In this document: positions 41,881-51,502 of the stretch, in pieces
Position numbering within the stretch: the first letter of the stretch is position 1
How the letters are laid out: each line of letters opens with the position of its first letter
Assembly (NCBI GenBank): GCA_016699365.1
Contig: CP064973.1
Coordinates: 639,916 to 703,915 of the forward strand
Reading direction: 5' to 3'
DNA from: Candidatus Nomurabacteria bacterium
GTDB taxonomy: Bacteria > Patescibacteriota > Minisyncoccia > Phycocordibacterales > UBA9973
Length of the DNA: 64,000 nucleotides
Translations under genes and position numbers: made by a program
Notes under the pieces: generated by a model
The model's input: the letters and a program-made list of their open reading frames with translations, nothing else
Database searches by the model: none
What the model was told of the DNA's origin: nothing

Positions 41881-43857
41881 ATGAAAAAAGCAAAACTAAC
41901 ACCAAGAGAACTAGGATTTGTAAGAGTTGGCGCAGCCGTTCCCTCTTTAAAAATTGGGGATATCTCCCACAACTTAGACGAGCTAGAAAAGCTCGCCAAG
42001 GCAAGTTTCCAAAATGGATCATCTATCACTGTATTCCCTGAGCTTTGTATCACCGGATACACGGTCGGTGACCTGTTTCAGCAAAAAATCATGATTCAAA
42101 AATCCCTTGAAGGTCTTTTTGACTTAGCAGGTAGAACTGGAAACCTATCAGGGGTTTTCATTGTAGGCCTACCTATCGAATATCAGGGTGCGCTATATAA
42201 CTGCGCAGCTCTAATAGGAGGAGGTGAAGTTCTCGGTATTGTGCCAAAAAGCTACTTACCAAACTACAGTGAATTTTATGAAAAAAGATGGTTCACAGAA
42301 GGCATTCATGTTCCAAAAGGTGCAACTATCAAGAAAAATTATTTGGGACAAGAAATTCCATTTGGAACAGACATTATCTTTGAAGACAGGGACAACAAAA
42401 ATCTCGTTCTTGGAATCGAAATCTGTGAAGACGTGTGGACAGTGATCAAGCCAAGCTCAAAATTAGCACTGGCTGGAGCGACTATTCTTGCAAATCTTTC
42501 AGCATCAAACGAAATTGTAGGCAAGGTCACTTATAGAAGAGACCTTGTGCGACAACAGTCAGCTGATACGATAAGTGCTTATGTTTACACTTCATCTGGC
42601 CCAGGCGAATCAAGTACTGATTTAGTTTTCTCGGGTCATGCAATAATCGCTGAAAACGGTTCGATACTTTCTGAAAACGAACGCTTCAAATTCGATAGTC
42701 AAATTGTCTATGCTGATATCGATATTGATTTGATAGCGATGAATCGCAGACGAAATATTAGTTTTGGTGAGTCGAAACGTGAAATCAATCCTGAAAACTT
42801 TAGAACTGTAATCGTAAACATGAATTGTTATTACGAAAAGTTCAAAACGCTCGGACGAAATATCACAAAGACACCATTTGTTCCTACAGACGAAAAGACT
42901 CGTTTTGAAATCACGGAAGAGATTTTCCAAATCCAAGCGACAGCGCTCGCGACTAGAATGCGCAATTCAAACATCCACAAACTCATCTTGGGTCTGTCAG
43001 GTGGACTGGATTCTACACTCTCTATGCTTGTGGCTATAAGATCCTTGGAGATCCTTGGTCTACCAAAAGAGAATCTGACACTGATTACGATGCCAGGATT
43101 TGGTACAACAAAAAAGACCAAGACTAACGCCGAAAAACTTGCAGAAGCTTTCGGAATAAAACTCGAAAGCATAAGTATCGAAAATGGGTCAAAAATTCAG
43201 TTAAGAGATGTAGGACATGATGGCGAAAAACAAAATGTAACGTTTGAAAATGTACAGGCTCGCTATCGCATGATGACCTTGCAAGATATCGCAAACGAAC
43301 GCGGTGGGCTTGTACTCGGAACCGGTGACTTATCAGAACTTGCACTTGGATGGTGTACATTTGGTGGAGACCACACTGTTACATACAATGTGAACGGTGG
43401 AGTTCCAAAAACACTTGTTCAGCATGTCGTACGATATGCAGGCAAAGTTTACGGTGGATCTATTGAAGAAGTTTTGAATGAAATCCTTGGCACACCGATA
43501 TCGCCAGAGCTTTTACGTGGAGACAAAGATAACCCAACGCAGAAGACAGAGGATGTTGTCGGGCCTTATGAATTGCACGATTTCTTCTTGTTTCATTTTT
43601 TACGTCGCGGAGAGAATCCATCAAAAATTCTTTACCTAGCAAAATATGCTTTTGGTGAAGAGTATGAGACAGAAACAATCCGTAAATGGTTGGGGGAATT
43701 CTTGAAAAGATTTTTTTCTCAACAATTCAAGCGCTCAATCATCCCAGACGGACCAAAAGTTGGATCGGTAACACTATCATCACGCGGAGACTGGCGCATG
43801 CCATCTGATGCTAGCGCCAAAATGTGGATAGAAGAATTGAATAATGTTATTATTTAA
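41881..43857 (+). CDS. nadE: glutamine-dependent NAD+ synthetase
   Basis: N-terminal CN-hydrolase domain, C-terminal PP-loop GLSGGLDSTL, 658 aa. Confidence 0.9.
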   Translation: MKKAKLTPRELGFVRVGAAVPSLKIGDISHNLDELEKLAKASFQNGSSITVFPELCITGYTVGDLFQQKIMIQKSLEGLFDLAGRTGNLSGVFIVGLPIEYQGALYNCAALIGGGEVLGIVPKSYLPNYSEFYEKRWFTEGIHVPKGATIKKNYLGQEIPFGTDIIFEDRDNKNLVLGIEICEDVWTVIKPSSKLALAGATILANLSASNEIVGKVTYRRDLVRQQSADTISAYVYTSSGPGESSTDLVFSGHAIIAENGSILSENERFKFDSQIVYADIDIDLIAMNRRRNISFGESKREINPENFRTVIVNMNCYYEKFKTLGRNITKTPFVPTDEKTRFEITEEIFQIQATALATRMRNSNIHKLILGLSGGLDSTLSMLVAIRSLEILGLPKENLTLITMPGFGTTKKTKTNAEKLAEAFGIKLESISIENGSKIQLRDVGHDGEKQNVTFENVQARYRMMTLQDIANERGGLVLGTGDLSELALGWCTFGGDHTVTYNVNGGVPKTLVQHVVRYAGKVYGGSIEEVLNEILGTPISPELLRGDKDNPTQKTEDVVGPYELHDFFLFHFLRRGENPSKILYLAKYAFGEEYETETIRKWLGEFLKRFFSQQFKRSIIPDGPKVGSVTLSSRGDWRMPSDASAKMWIEELNNVII

Positions 43858-43860
43858 GAT

Positions 43861-44541
43861 ATGAAATTCGATACATCAAAACTTCTAAATCCGTGGGTAT
43901 CTGTAGACGTAGTTGTCTTCACTTTGGAAAACAACGAACTCAAAGTACTTCTTACAAAACGCGCTAGTGATCCATTTATGGGATCATGGGCTCTTCCTGG
44001 TGGATTCCTGTTAAAAGGAGAAACTACAGAAATTGCTGCACGTCGAGTACTCAAGCAAAAAGCTGGGGTTAGTAGTGATGTATATTTAGAACAACTTTAT
44101 ACTTTTGATACACCGGGACGCGATCCGCGCGCTCCGGTGTTTTCTATTACTTATTTTGCTCTTGTGCCTATCGAAGATATCAAATTTGCAAAAACAGACA
44201 AAACTGAGAGCCCAGAATTCATATCTATAAACCATCTACCTCGCTTAGCTTTTGATCATAAAGATATTGTGAATTACTCAATTAAACGTCTGCAAGCAAA
44301 GATTCAATACACGAACGCTGCATATTCTATACTTCCAAAACTTTTTACTTTCTCTCAATTACAAAAAGTTTATGAAGCGATACTAGAACGCGCTATAGAC
44401 AAAAGAAACTTCCGTAAAAAATTCATGCAACTTGGTCTGATCAAAGAAACCAAGAAAATGCTTCGCGGCGGCAAGCAGCGTCCTGCAAAACTATATGAAT
44501 TTATCTCACACAAACCAGCTGAGCTAAAAAAGTTTTTCTAG
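43861..44541 (+). CDS. nrtR: Nudix-related transcriptional regulator NrtR (degenerate Nudix box + C-terminal winged helix)
   Basis: Nudix fold with non-catalytic box GGFLLKGETTEIAARRVLKQKAGV (REUxEE replaced by RVLKQK). The C-terminal FTFSQLQKVYEAILERAIDKRNFRKKFMQLGLIKET...RPAKLYEF matches the NrtR DNA-binding domain pattern (memory). Embedded in NAD genes. Confidence 0.7.
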   Translation: MKFDTSKLLNPWVSVDVVVFTLENNELKVLLTKRASDPFMGSWALPGGFLLKGETTEIAARRVLKQKAGVSSDVYLEQLYTFDTPGRDPRAPVFSITYFALVPIEDIKFAKTDKTESPEFISINHLPRLAFDHKDIVNYSIKRLQAKIQYTNAAYSILPKLFTFSQLQKVYEAILERAIDKRNFRKKFMQLGLIKETKKMLRGGKQRPAKLYEFISHKPAELKKFF

Positions 44542-45107
44542 GAATATAAATTTTTACTAACTATATACTCATAGACACCGTCGGCAATACTGTCAGGTTT
44601 TTCTCCTTTTTTAATTTTTTCACGTATCAGGGTTGCAGACATCGAACCGACAGGTTCTATCTCGGTACAAGAAATCTTAGCTAGAATTTCCCCATCTATA
44701 TTTCCATCACGTCCGACAACATAAAAGTGGTGCGAAAGTATCTCATCTGCAAATTCCCAAGTTGGAATAGAATTTACAACATCGGTACCTGTAATAATCG
44801 AGAACTTGTGATCAGAGTATTTTTTATGAAGATGCCTGAGTGTTTGAAATGTATATGACGGGGTCGGCAAATCAAATTCAACCCTAGACACAAATACGCT
44901 ATCTAGGTCATTTACCGCAAGCTCTACCATCTGTGCACGATCTTCACTAGGAGCAAGCGAGTTTGCGGGTTTGTCTGGATTTATTGGAGACACAACAACC
45001 CAGATTTCATCTGGAGAATTTTCATGATTTCTGACCTTTTGAATTACTTTTTTATGGTCGTCATGAATCGGGTTAAAAGATCCAAAGTATAGAGCTATGT
45101 GTTTCAT
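44538..45107 (-). CDS. nadD: nicotinate-nucleotide adenylyltransferase
   Basis: GSFNPIHDDH (GxFxPxHxxH), 189 aa. Confidence 0.8.
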   Translation of the reverse strand: MKHIALYFGSFNPIHDDHKKVIQKVRNHENSPDEIWVVVSPINPDKPANSLAPSEDRAQMVELAVNDLDSVFVSRVEFDLPTPSYTFQTLRHLHKKYSDHKFSIITGTDVVNSIPTWEFADEILSHHFYVVGRDGNIDGEILAKISCTEIEPVGSMSATLIREKIKKGEKPDSIADGVYEYIVSKNLYS

Positions 45108-45195
45108 ATGGTGGATTATATCAAAATTTATAAAGCTTTCTCTTTGACAAAATGACCTAAATATGATAGAATACTGTTAGATATGTGCACTTGTT

Positions 45196-45212
45196 GCACT
45201 TTTAAAAAGTGC
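45196..45212. promoter_or_regulatory. 17-bp perfect palindrome GCACTTTT-A-AAAAGTGC in nadD/pncA divergent region
   Basis: Read directly. Shares the CACTTT/AAAGTG half-sites with the prs-upstream palindrome. Confidence 0.4.
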
Positions 45213-45217
45213 ATGAT

Positions 45218-45238
45218 ATAGTGTATATAATACATTAA
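45218..45238. promoter_or_regulatory. candidate NrtR operator B: ATAGTGTATATAATACATTAA (GT-N7-AC core)
   Basis: Read directly. 21 bp upstream of the pncA ATG, and downstream of the predicted pncA promoter TTGACA(45144)-17-TAGAAT. Confidence 0.45.
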
Positions 45239-45258
45239 GTAAATTAAAAAACAAATAT

Positions 45259-45861
45259 ATGAAAGAAGCTAAAAAAGCACTCTTAATCATAGATGTGCAA
45301 AACGATTTTTGTCCTGGAGGCTCACTTGCTGTCACTGATGGTGATCGTGTGGTAGAACCATTGAACAACATGATCAAGCTTGCCCGCGAAAACGGCTGGC
45401 TTGTCATCGCCTCTCGTGACTGGCACCCAAAAGATACTGCCCACTTCAAAGAATTCGGCGGTATCTGGCCCGCACATTGTATCGAAGGTACTGGTGGAGC
45501 AAAGTTCAAACATGGACTTCTTTTTCCAGAAAAAACAGTAATCATCAATAAAGGTACTTCTAAAAAAGATGATGGTTACTCCCCTTTTGAAGGAACCGAT
45601 ACTGTACTTGATTTACCCCTTGCTCAAATTTTAAACATCAAGGGTATTACCGATATATTTATCGGAGGCCTTGCAACAGACTATTGCGTAAAAGCAGGAG
45701 TTCTGGATGCATTAAAAAATGGTTATGGTGTGTATCTTTTAGAAGATGCCATCAAAGCCGTAAATCTTAAACCCGATGATGGCGCAAATGCAATTGCAGA
45801 AATGCAAAATGCCGGTGCAATCATCACAACAACAACGGAGGTAATCAATGAAAAACGATAA
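45259..45861 (+). CDS. pncA: nicotinamidase / isochorismatase-family hydrolase
   Basis: LLIIDVQNDFCPGGSL, catalytic Cys in GGLATDYCV. Confidence 0.85.
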   Translation: MKEAKKALLIIDVQNDFCPGGSLAVTDGDRVVEPLNNMIKLARENGWLVIASRDWHPKDTAHFKEFGGIWPAHCIEGTGGAKFKHGLLFPEKTVIINKGTSKKDDGYSPFEGTDTVLDLPLAQILNIKGITDIFIGGLATDYCVKAGVLDALKNGYGVYLLEDAIKAVNLKPDDGANAIAEMQNAGAIITTTTEVINEKR

Positions 45862-47141
45862 CTTTAATTTCCATCGTCTCGATGAAGAGACTATGGAAGG
45901 CAATATTGTTGAGTCAGTACTCGACGATGACTTCTACAAATTCTCGATGGGCCAGTTTATCTGGGATCATCCTGAATTGAAAGAAACAGAAGTTGAGTGG
46001 CACTTCAACAATCGGACAAAATCGATACAGCTGGGCAATATTATTTCCGAAAAAGATTTCTTTGATCAAATCGAAGGGATTAAAAATTTCGGGATCGATA
46101 GTTCAGGGTTTCGTTTCTTGCGAGGGCTTGAAATCTACGGAGACAAAATGTTTTCCGATGATTATCTAAATTTCCTCAAAGGAATTAAATTCCCGGAAAT
46201 TAGTTTCGGAAGAACCGATGAAGGCCAGCTTGATATAAAGTGGAAAGATACATGGAACACTTCTATGCATGCAGAAATGCCAATACTACGTATTGTTAGT
46301 GGTCTGTATGTTCGAGCTCAACTCAAAAACAAGAGCAAGCTCGAACGCGAAGCATTCTATGCCGAAGGAATCAAAAGACTTGCGCTAAAAGTAGCAAGGT
46401 TGAAAGAACACAAAAATGTTGTGTTCTCAGATTTTGCAAACCGCAGAACACCTTCGCCAATACTTCATGAATACATGGTAGTAAGAGCCGCTGAAGAACT
46501 CGGCAAACAGTTCAAAGGAACTTCCAAAACGAGTCTTGCGATGAAGCACGGACTTGACCCTATTGGAACTTGGGGCCCATGAGCTTGCAATGATTATCAC
46601 AGCACTTCGTTTTGATGGCAGCCGCCAATCAATCGAGCAAGCTCAGATAGAGTTGCATACAAAATGGCTCAACCAGTTCGGTGAGGGTATCGCCCTGTCA
46701 CTGCCAGACACATACGGCACACAGTTCACACTGGATACACTGCCAGATGAAATCGTGAGCAAACTAAAAGGTTTCAGGATTGATTCTGAAGATCCGTTTG
46801 TATCGATCCCGAGATTTCAAGAGAGATTCGTCAGAGCCGGTATCGATTACAAAAACAAATTATTCGTGCCGAGTGATGAACTCAATCTCGACAAGATGAT
46901 CGCCATCAGTGATGCGTTCGGCGCATCGAGTATGATTAGTCACGGCTGGGGTGGAGGATTTGGAAACGACTTTGGTTTCAATAAAGTTTCAATTATCTGT
47001 AAACCATATTCGGCAAATGGAAAGTTTTGCGTAAAACTCTCCGACAATGTCGAAAAGGCAATCGGTGAATACGGAACTGTTAAAAAATACAAAGAAGCGC
47101 TCAACTACAAAGGCGAGTATGCAAAAGTTTGTATTTCATAA
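45848..47141 (+). pseudogene. pncB: nicotinate phosphoribosyltransferase with +1 frameshift in G4 run (46572-46575)
   Basis: ORF 45848-46582 (DFYKFSM at the N-terminus) and ORF 46554-47141 (FRIDSEDP, GWGGGF) are consecutive PncB segments. Removing one G restores ...DPIGTWAHELAMI, matching the PncB GTxAHSW motif. Confidence 0.65.
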
Positions 47142-47147
47142 GTTCAC

Positions 47148-47172
47148 AAAGGCGGGAAAATTCCCGCCTTTT
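47148..47172 (+). terminator. intrinsic terminator (AAAGGCGGGAA-AA-TTCCCGCCTTTT)
   Basis: After the pncB stop. Confidence 0.6.
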
Positions 47173-47196
47173 ATTATTAATGTATAATCAATCTAT

Positions 47197-48039
47197 ATGA
47201 CACACAAATTCGATAGAGTAGCTATTTTCTACAGACCCGACATCTCTGGCGGCAGCACATGGGAGAAGAAAATCATATCAAAACTAAAATCTTTAAATAA
47301 AAAAATTGAAATCGGGTCTAAGCGTCCGAAGGTGGTTATTGCTCTAGGTGGAGATGGAACAATCATGGAAGCCATCCGCAATTTTAAACACTTCTCCCCT
47401 CTTTTTATAGGACTGAACTTGGGCCACGTCGGATTCCTCGCGACTATTCGCGAGAAGAAAAATTTTCTAAAAGGCATCGAAAAAATATACAAAGGTGAAT
47501 ATACAGTTTCAGAGCGAATGATGCTCCACGTCGGAGTCGTACGTAAAGGCAAAGAGATCTACGAGACCCAAGCTCTCGGCGATATGTATATTCAAAACCT
47601 CACAGGACTTCTCGATCTCGATATCCATATCGATGAGCATCTAGTTCAGCGTGTTCATGGAACAGGTGCTATAGCAAGCACCGCGAGTGGTTCTACGGCC
47701 TACAACTTGTCACTACATGGTCCGATAGTTATGCCAGATATAAACTGTATCGTAGTGAACGAAATCCTCGATCACAACACTCCGACACCTTCTATGATTA
47801 TCAAGAAAACTAAACGTGTTTCTTTCCATATTAAAAATTTCCGCCGACGCAACGAAGTACTGCTCGCAAAAGATGGCCTAGATATTGACGTAGGTATGTG
47901 GACCGATGGAGTGCTCGTCATGCGCCTGCTTCCAGGCGACATAGTCCATGTAGCGCGCGCTCGCGGGAAAATAAAACTCGCCGAGATAGAAAAAGATTAT
48001 TTCTTCAAAAGTATCCAACAAAAATTCACATTCAAATAG
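47197..48039 (+). CDS. nadK: NAD kinase
   Basis: VIALGGDGTIMEA (GGDG), NE/D motif region, 280 aa. Confidence 0.85.
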   Translation: MTHKFDRVAIFYRPDISGGSTWEKKIISKLKSLNKKIEIGSKRPKVVIALGGDGTIMEAIRNFKHFSPLFIGLNLGHVGFLATIREKKNFLKGIEKIYKGEYTVSERMMLHVGVVRKGKEIYETQALGDMYIQNLTGLLDLDIHIDEHLVQRVHGTGAIASTASGSTAYNLSLHGPIVMPDINCIVVNEILDHNTPTPSMIIKKTKRVSFHIKNFRRRNEVLLAKDGLDIDVGMWTDGVLVMRLLPGDIVHVARARGKIKLAEIEKDYFFKSIQQKFTFK

Positions 48040-48042
48040 TAG

Positions 48043-48070
48043 AAAAGGCGGACAATTGTCCGCCTTTTTG
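48043..48070. terminator. bidirectional terminator (AAAAGGCGGACA-AT-TGTCCGCCTTTTT)
   Basis: Between convergent genes. Confidence 0.6.
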
Positions 48071-49033
48071 TTATTTAATTTTTTCAACATTCTCACCAGC
48101 TTTTTCTTTACTGGTAATATATGTGAAATGAAATTCTTTTGCCACTTCCGGCATTACTACCATACCTTCACATTCTGCCAATGCTTGTTTGCAATGCCTG
48201 AAAAATATTGGCATATAATTTTTTGGAAGATTAAGCATAGCAATCATTGATCGTACGTTTTTCAACACATTCATCTCGTAACGCTCCTGGCGCAATCCGA
48301 TTACACTAAAAGAAATATAGTCTTCCAGTATCCGCTCATACTCGAGCACAGGTAAAGTTAAGCGCTCTTCGGAATACGATCTGTTTATTGTTGGTAGATT
48401 TTCATACCAGAGCTTGCACCAAGCCGCATTGTTTTTACGAAACTTGCGCAAATAACCTAAAACCTTATCTGCGTCTGGATGCTGATTCATAAGACCAATA
48501 ACGTTATCTTCCGGCGCACTTAAGATAATCCTCTGTCGAAAGTCGAGCATTTCATTCGCAGTAGGCTTTTTATGACGACCAGCAAACCTAAGGAGATCGT
48601 ACATGATTGTGTAATCGAGAGATTTTTCACGCATCTCCGGAATCCGGTAATAAGTGAATATCTCGGTCTCGTTTGACGCAACCCATTCGTTTACATTCAT
48701 GATTTCAGCAAATGACTCAAAGGTCATATTGGCCCGCGGTGAAAGCGGATTGCGGAAAAGCATGTGAGTAAAGTCGTGAGCAAAATACATATCACGCACG
48801 AAATCATTTTTATAGTAATCTCCTCTGTCCAGCACAAAATTGAAGTACTGGGTGAAATGAGAAAATTCTTCAGGGGTCGATTGTTCGAAGAATATCGGCG
48901 CCCGGTTATCGATCACAAATTGAATCAAACCTTTATAGAAAGGATTTGATTTAAATTCGCGTGTACGAAATACATGCGAGAAAATATAGTTTTCATACTC
49001 CTCGACCGTATCAAAGATTTTAAAGTTTTTCAT
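48071..49033 (-). CDS. hypothetical protein (320 aa)
   Basis: Intact ORF, no recognisable motif. Confidence 0.45.
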   Translation of the reverse strand: MKNFKIFDTVEEYENYIFSHVFRTREFKSNPFYKGLIQFVIDNRAPIFFEQSTPEEFSHFTQYFNFVLDRGDYYKNDFVRDMYFAHDFTHMLFRNPLSPRANMTFESFAEIMNVNEWVASNETEIFTYYRIPEMREKSLDYTIMYDLLRFAGRHKKPTANEMLDFRQRIILSAPEDNVIGLMNQHPDADKVLGYLRKFRKNNAAWCKLWYENLPTINRSYSEERLTLPVLEYERILEDYISFSVIGLRQERYEMNVLKNVRSMIAMLNLPKNYMPIFFRHCKQALAECEGMVVMPEVAKEFHFTYITSKEKAGENVEKIK

Positions 49034-49151
49034 AGTGTACGTTTGGTTGAATTATACCACATATATTAGTATTCTGCAAGTATATTCCCTTTGAACTAAA
49101 AGTATTGTATTATCATTCCGGCACAAAAACATTTCATTTAAAAAAACAAAT

Positions 49152-50507
49152 ATGGAAAAAGGTTACGTAGACGTACTTTTAGGTCTCCAATGGGGAGACG
49201 AAGGCAAAGGAAAAATCGTAGATTATCTTTCGCCACAATATGACATCATTGCCAGATTCCAAGGCGGCCCAAATGCTGGACATACCTTGTATGTAAAAAA
49301 CAAAGAAGGGAAACAGGAACGAATAGTTCTGCACGTTGTCCCATCTGGACTTACAAGAGAAGACGAGCTCATGGGGGTTCTCGGAAATGGTATGGTGATA
49401 TGCCCTATCGCATTCAAGGATGAGATAAAAAACATCTTTGATATAACAGGTATTGATGTATGTGAAAAACTCATCATCTCTACAAACGCACATATGATTG
49501 TTCCGACTCACAGGCTTTTAGACAAAGCGAGTGAGATTGCAAAAGGTAAAGGCGCAATCGGGACAACCGGTAAGGGTATCGGGCCATGCTATATGGACAA
49601 AGCTGGCAGAAACGGCATTCGATTTGAATCATTGATTGACTTGAGTAAATTCAACGAAGAATACTTAAGACTTGAAAACAAACATCGTGAAATACTCAAA
49701 CAACAATATGGGTACACCGATGAGCAAATCAATGCTGAGATCAAAGAGCAATGCTACAGCTTCAAAAGATCAATTCTTTTTATCAGAAGAAAAATGATTC
49801 GACAGATAAAGAGGACTGAGTATTGGCTGAACGAACAAATTCGTGAAGGCAAAAAAGTTCTCGCAGAAGGCGCACAAGGGACCATGCTCGACATCGACCA
49901 CGGAACATATCCGTTTGTAACTTCATCTAGCACTATTGCTGGTGGAGCTTGCACAGGACTTGGAATATCACCACTTTTGATTCGCAAAGTGATCGGTGTA
50001 ACCAAGGCCTATTGTACACGTGTAGGCAACGGAGAATTTCCGACAGAAATTACAGACCAAATCGGTGAACAGATCCGCAAAGACGGAAATGAGTTTGGTT
50101 CAACTACTGGTCGCCCGCGTCGCTGTGGCTGGATGGACTTCCCTGCTCTTGAATATTCGTTTTTGATAAACGGCGTGACAGATCTGATCATCACTAAAAT
50201 TGATGTATTCAAAAACCTCTCTGGTTTTAAGGTATGTAGCGAATACATGGTGCAAGATAAAGTAAGTAGAGAATATCCAGTGGATTGCGACAAGGCCCTA
50301 CCTCTGTATGAACAATTTGAATTCGACGAACACGAAAGAATGAATCTCGGAAACATCACCGACGAAGAAGAGTTTGGAAAAGGTATGAAGCAATTTATTT
50401 TCTTCATGAGATTGAAACTCGAGAACACAGGTGTTCAACTGGCTGGAGTATCAAACGGACCAGAGTGCGAAAAGTATATTGATATAAAGAGTCTGCAAAC
50501 TGTATAA
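49152..50507 (+). CDS. purA: adenylosuccinate synthetase
   Basis: GLQWGDEGKGKIVD P-loop, GGPNAGHT. Confidence 0.9.
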   Translation: MEKGYVDVLLGLQWGDEGKGKIVDYLSPQYDIIARFQGGPNAGHTLYVKNKEGKQERIVLHVVPSGLTREDELMGVLGNGMVICPIAFKDEIKNIFDITGIDVCEKLIISTNAHMIVPTHRLLDKASEIAKGKGAIGTTGKGIGPCYMDKAGRNGIRFESLIDLSKFNEEYLRLENKHREILKQQYGYTDEQINAEIKEQCYSFKRSILFIRRKMIRQIKRTEYWLNEQIREGKKVLAEGAQGTMLDIDHGTYPFVTSSSTIAGGACTGLGISPLLIRKVIGVTKAYCTRVGNGEFPTEITDQIGEQIRKDGNEFGSTTGRPRRCGWMDFPALEYSFLINGVTDLIITKIDVFKNLSGFKVCSEYMVQDKVSREYPVDCDKALPLYEQFEFDEHERMNLGNITDEEEFGKGMKQFIFFMRLKLENTGVQLAGVSNGPECEKYIDIKSLQTV

Positions 50508-50510
50508 AAC

Positions 50511-50535
50511 AAAAACCCGAGTTAATCTCGGGTTT
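50511..50535 (+). terminator. intrinsic terminator (AAAACCCGAG-TTAAT-CTCGGGTTTT)
   Basis: After purA. Confidence 0.6.
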
Positions 50536-50653
50536 TAATATTTTTAGAGAAAAGTTTCTCCAATTTGTCTCCAACTTTCAAATCGGTGAGGTATGTCAGT
50601 TATTGACTTATTTGAAATAATGTTATACAATACTAATATAAAAAGTACAAATA

Positions 50654-50998
50654 ATGAAGACAGAAAAAACCAGATACCGCACTATTTCCGATGGACATGT
50701 AGAATTTCTACAATATTATCGCACCTACAAAGTATTCTTTGGGCTCATCAAATTAAGCGCATGGACCAATGTTTGGTACCCTTACTTTGACAAGCTATGG
50801 GGACGAACACTCGACTCCTCTGGATATAACGGATATGCTTGCACTTACAATACAAACCTTGAAAAATTCAAGGATGATTGGCCAAACATAGAAGACTACT
50901 TCAAATGGGCAGAAGAACAGCAGAAAATACTTGAAGCAGAGGCAAAAGAGTATAAGGAAGAGATAGAGAAAAAGAAAGGTGAAGTAAAGATGTTGTAA
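50654..50998 (+). CDS. hypothetical protein (114 aa)
   Basis: ORF track, followed by a terminator at ~51020-51052. Confidence 0.4.
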   Translation: MKTEKTRYRTISDGHVEFLQYYRTYKVFFGLIKLSAWTNVWYPYFDKLWGRTLDSSGYNGYACTYNTNLEKFKDDWPNIEDYFKWAEEQQKILEAEAKEYKEEIEKKKGEVKML

Positions 50999-51155
50999 AA
51001 ATACAATAACTAAACTTCTTAAAGCATCATTTTTAAAGTGATGCTTTTTTATTTGATTTGCGTCACGAATACTAAGTCTACTAGTATTACTTCGAAACAC
51101 TGGACGGATTAAGTACTTGCTTGTGATCCACAATAATTTGTTCGCCATCGCTCTA

Positions 51156-51220
51156 TGTGGTCACGAATCACTAAGTATTTTATTTCGATTACTCATAAAA
51201 TACAAAGTGTTCGCGACCCC
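51156..51220. repeat. 65-bp direct repeat copy 1 (internally an imperfect hairpin GTCACGAA...GTATTTTAT-N11-ATAAAATAC...TTCGCGAC)
   Basis: Identical to 51304-51368. A degenerate third copy lies at ~51062-51105. Confidence 0.7.
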
Positions 51221-51303
51221 ACCTCGCCTGTCGCAGGGCGACATGACTGCGGCTTCACCGCGTAGCAAAAAATCCCAAGCAGTTGGGATTTTTCTGTTGT
51301 GCT

Positions 51304-51368
51304 TGTGGTCACGAATCACTAAGTATTTTATTTCGATTACTCATAAAATACAAAGTGTTCGCGACCCC
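51304..51368. repeat. 65-bp direct repeat copy 2
   Basis: Perfect identity with copy 1, 148-bp period. Confidence 0.7.
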
Positions 51369-51410
51369 GGCTCGTGGTTTTGTGTGCTCACAAAACATCA
51401 CTGCGCCCGT

Positions 51411-51458
51411 CACACATAACAAAAAGACTGGAGCAGTCCAGTCTTTTTGTTATGTGTG
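51411..51458. terminator. exceptionally long hairpin (22-bp perfect stem CACACATAACAAAAAGACTGGA/TCCAGTCTTTTTGTTATGTGTG, loop GCAG)
   Basis: Read directly. T-rich on both flanks. Confidence 0.5.
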
Positions 51459-51502
51459 AGCCTAATCGAGATGCGACCCAAAGATTCATTGCCCTGTAAG
51501 GA

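Noticed and set aside
41859-42062. 67-aa minus-strand ORF over the nadE start
   Set aside because: It is antisense to nadE and overlaps the promoter and operator region.
45177-45548. 123-aa minus-strand ORF spanning the nadD/pncA intergenic region and the pncA 5' end
   Set aside because: It is antisense to a well-supported pncA and covers the predicted operator region. It has no motif support.
51156-51368. Considered whether the 65-bp repeats are a CRISPR array
   Set aside because: There are only two perfect copies. The repeats are far longer than CRISPR repeats, the spacer is ~83 bp, and there are no cas genes in the window.
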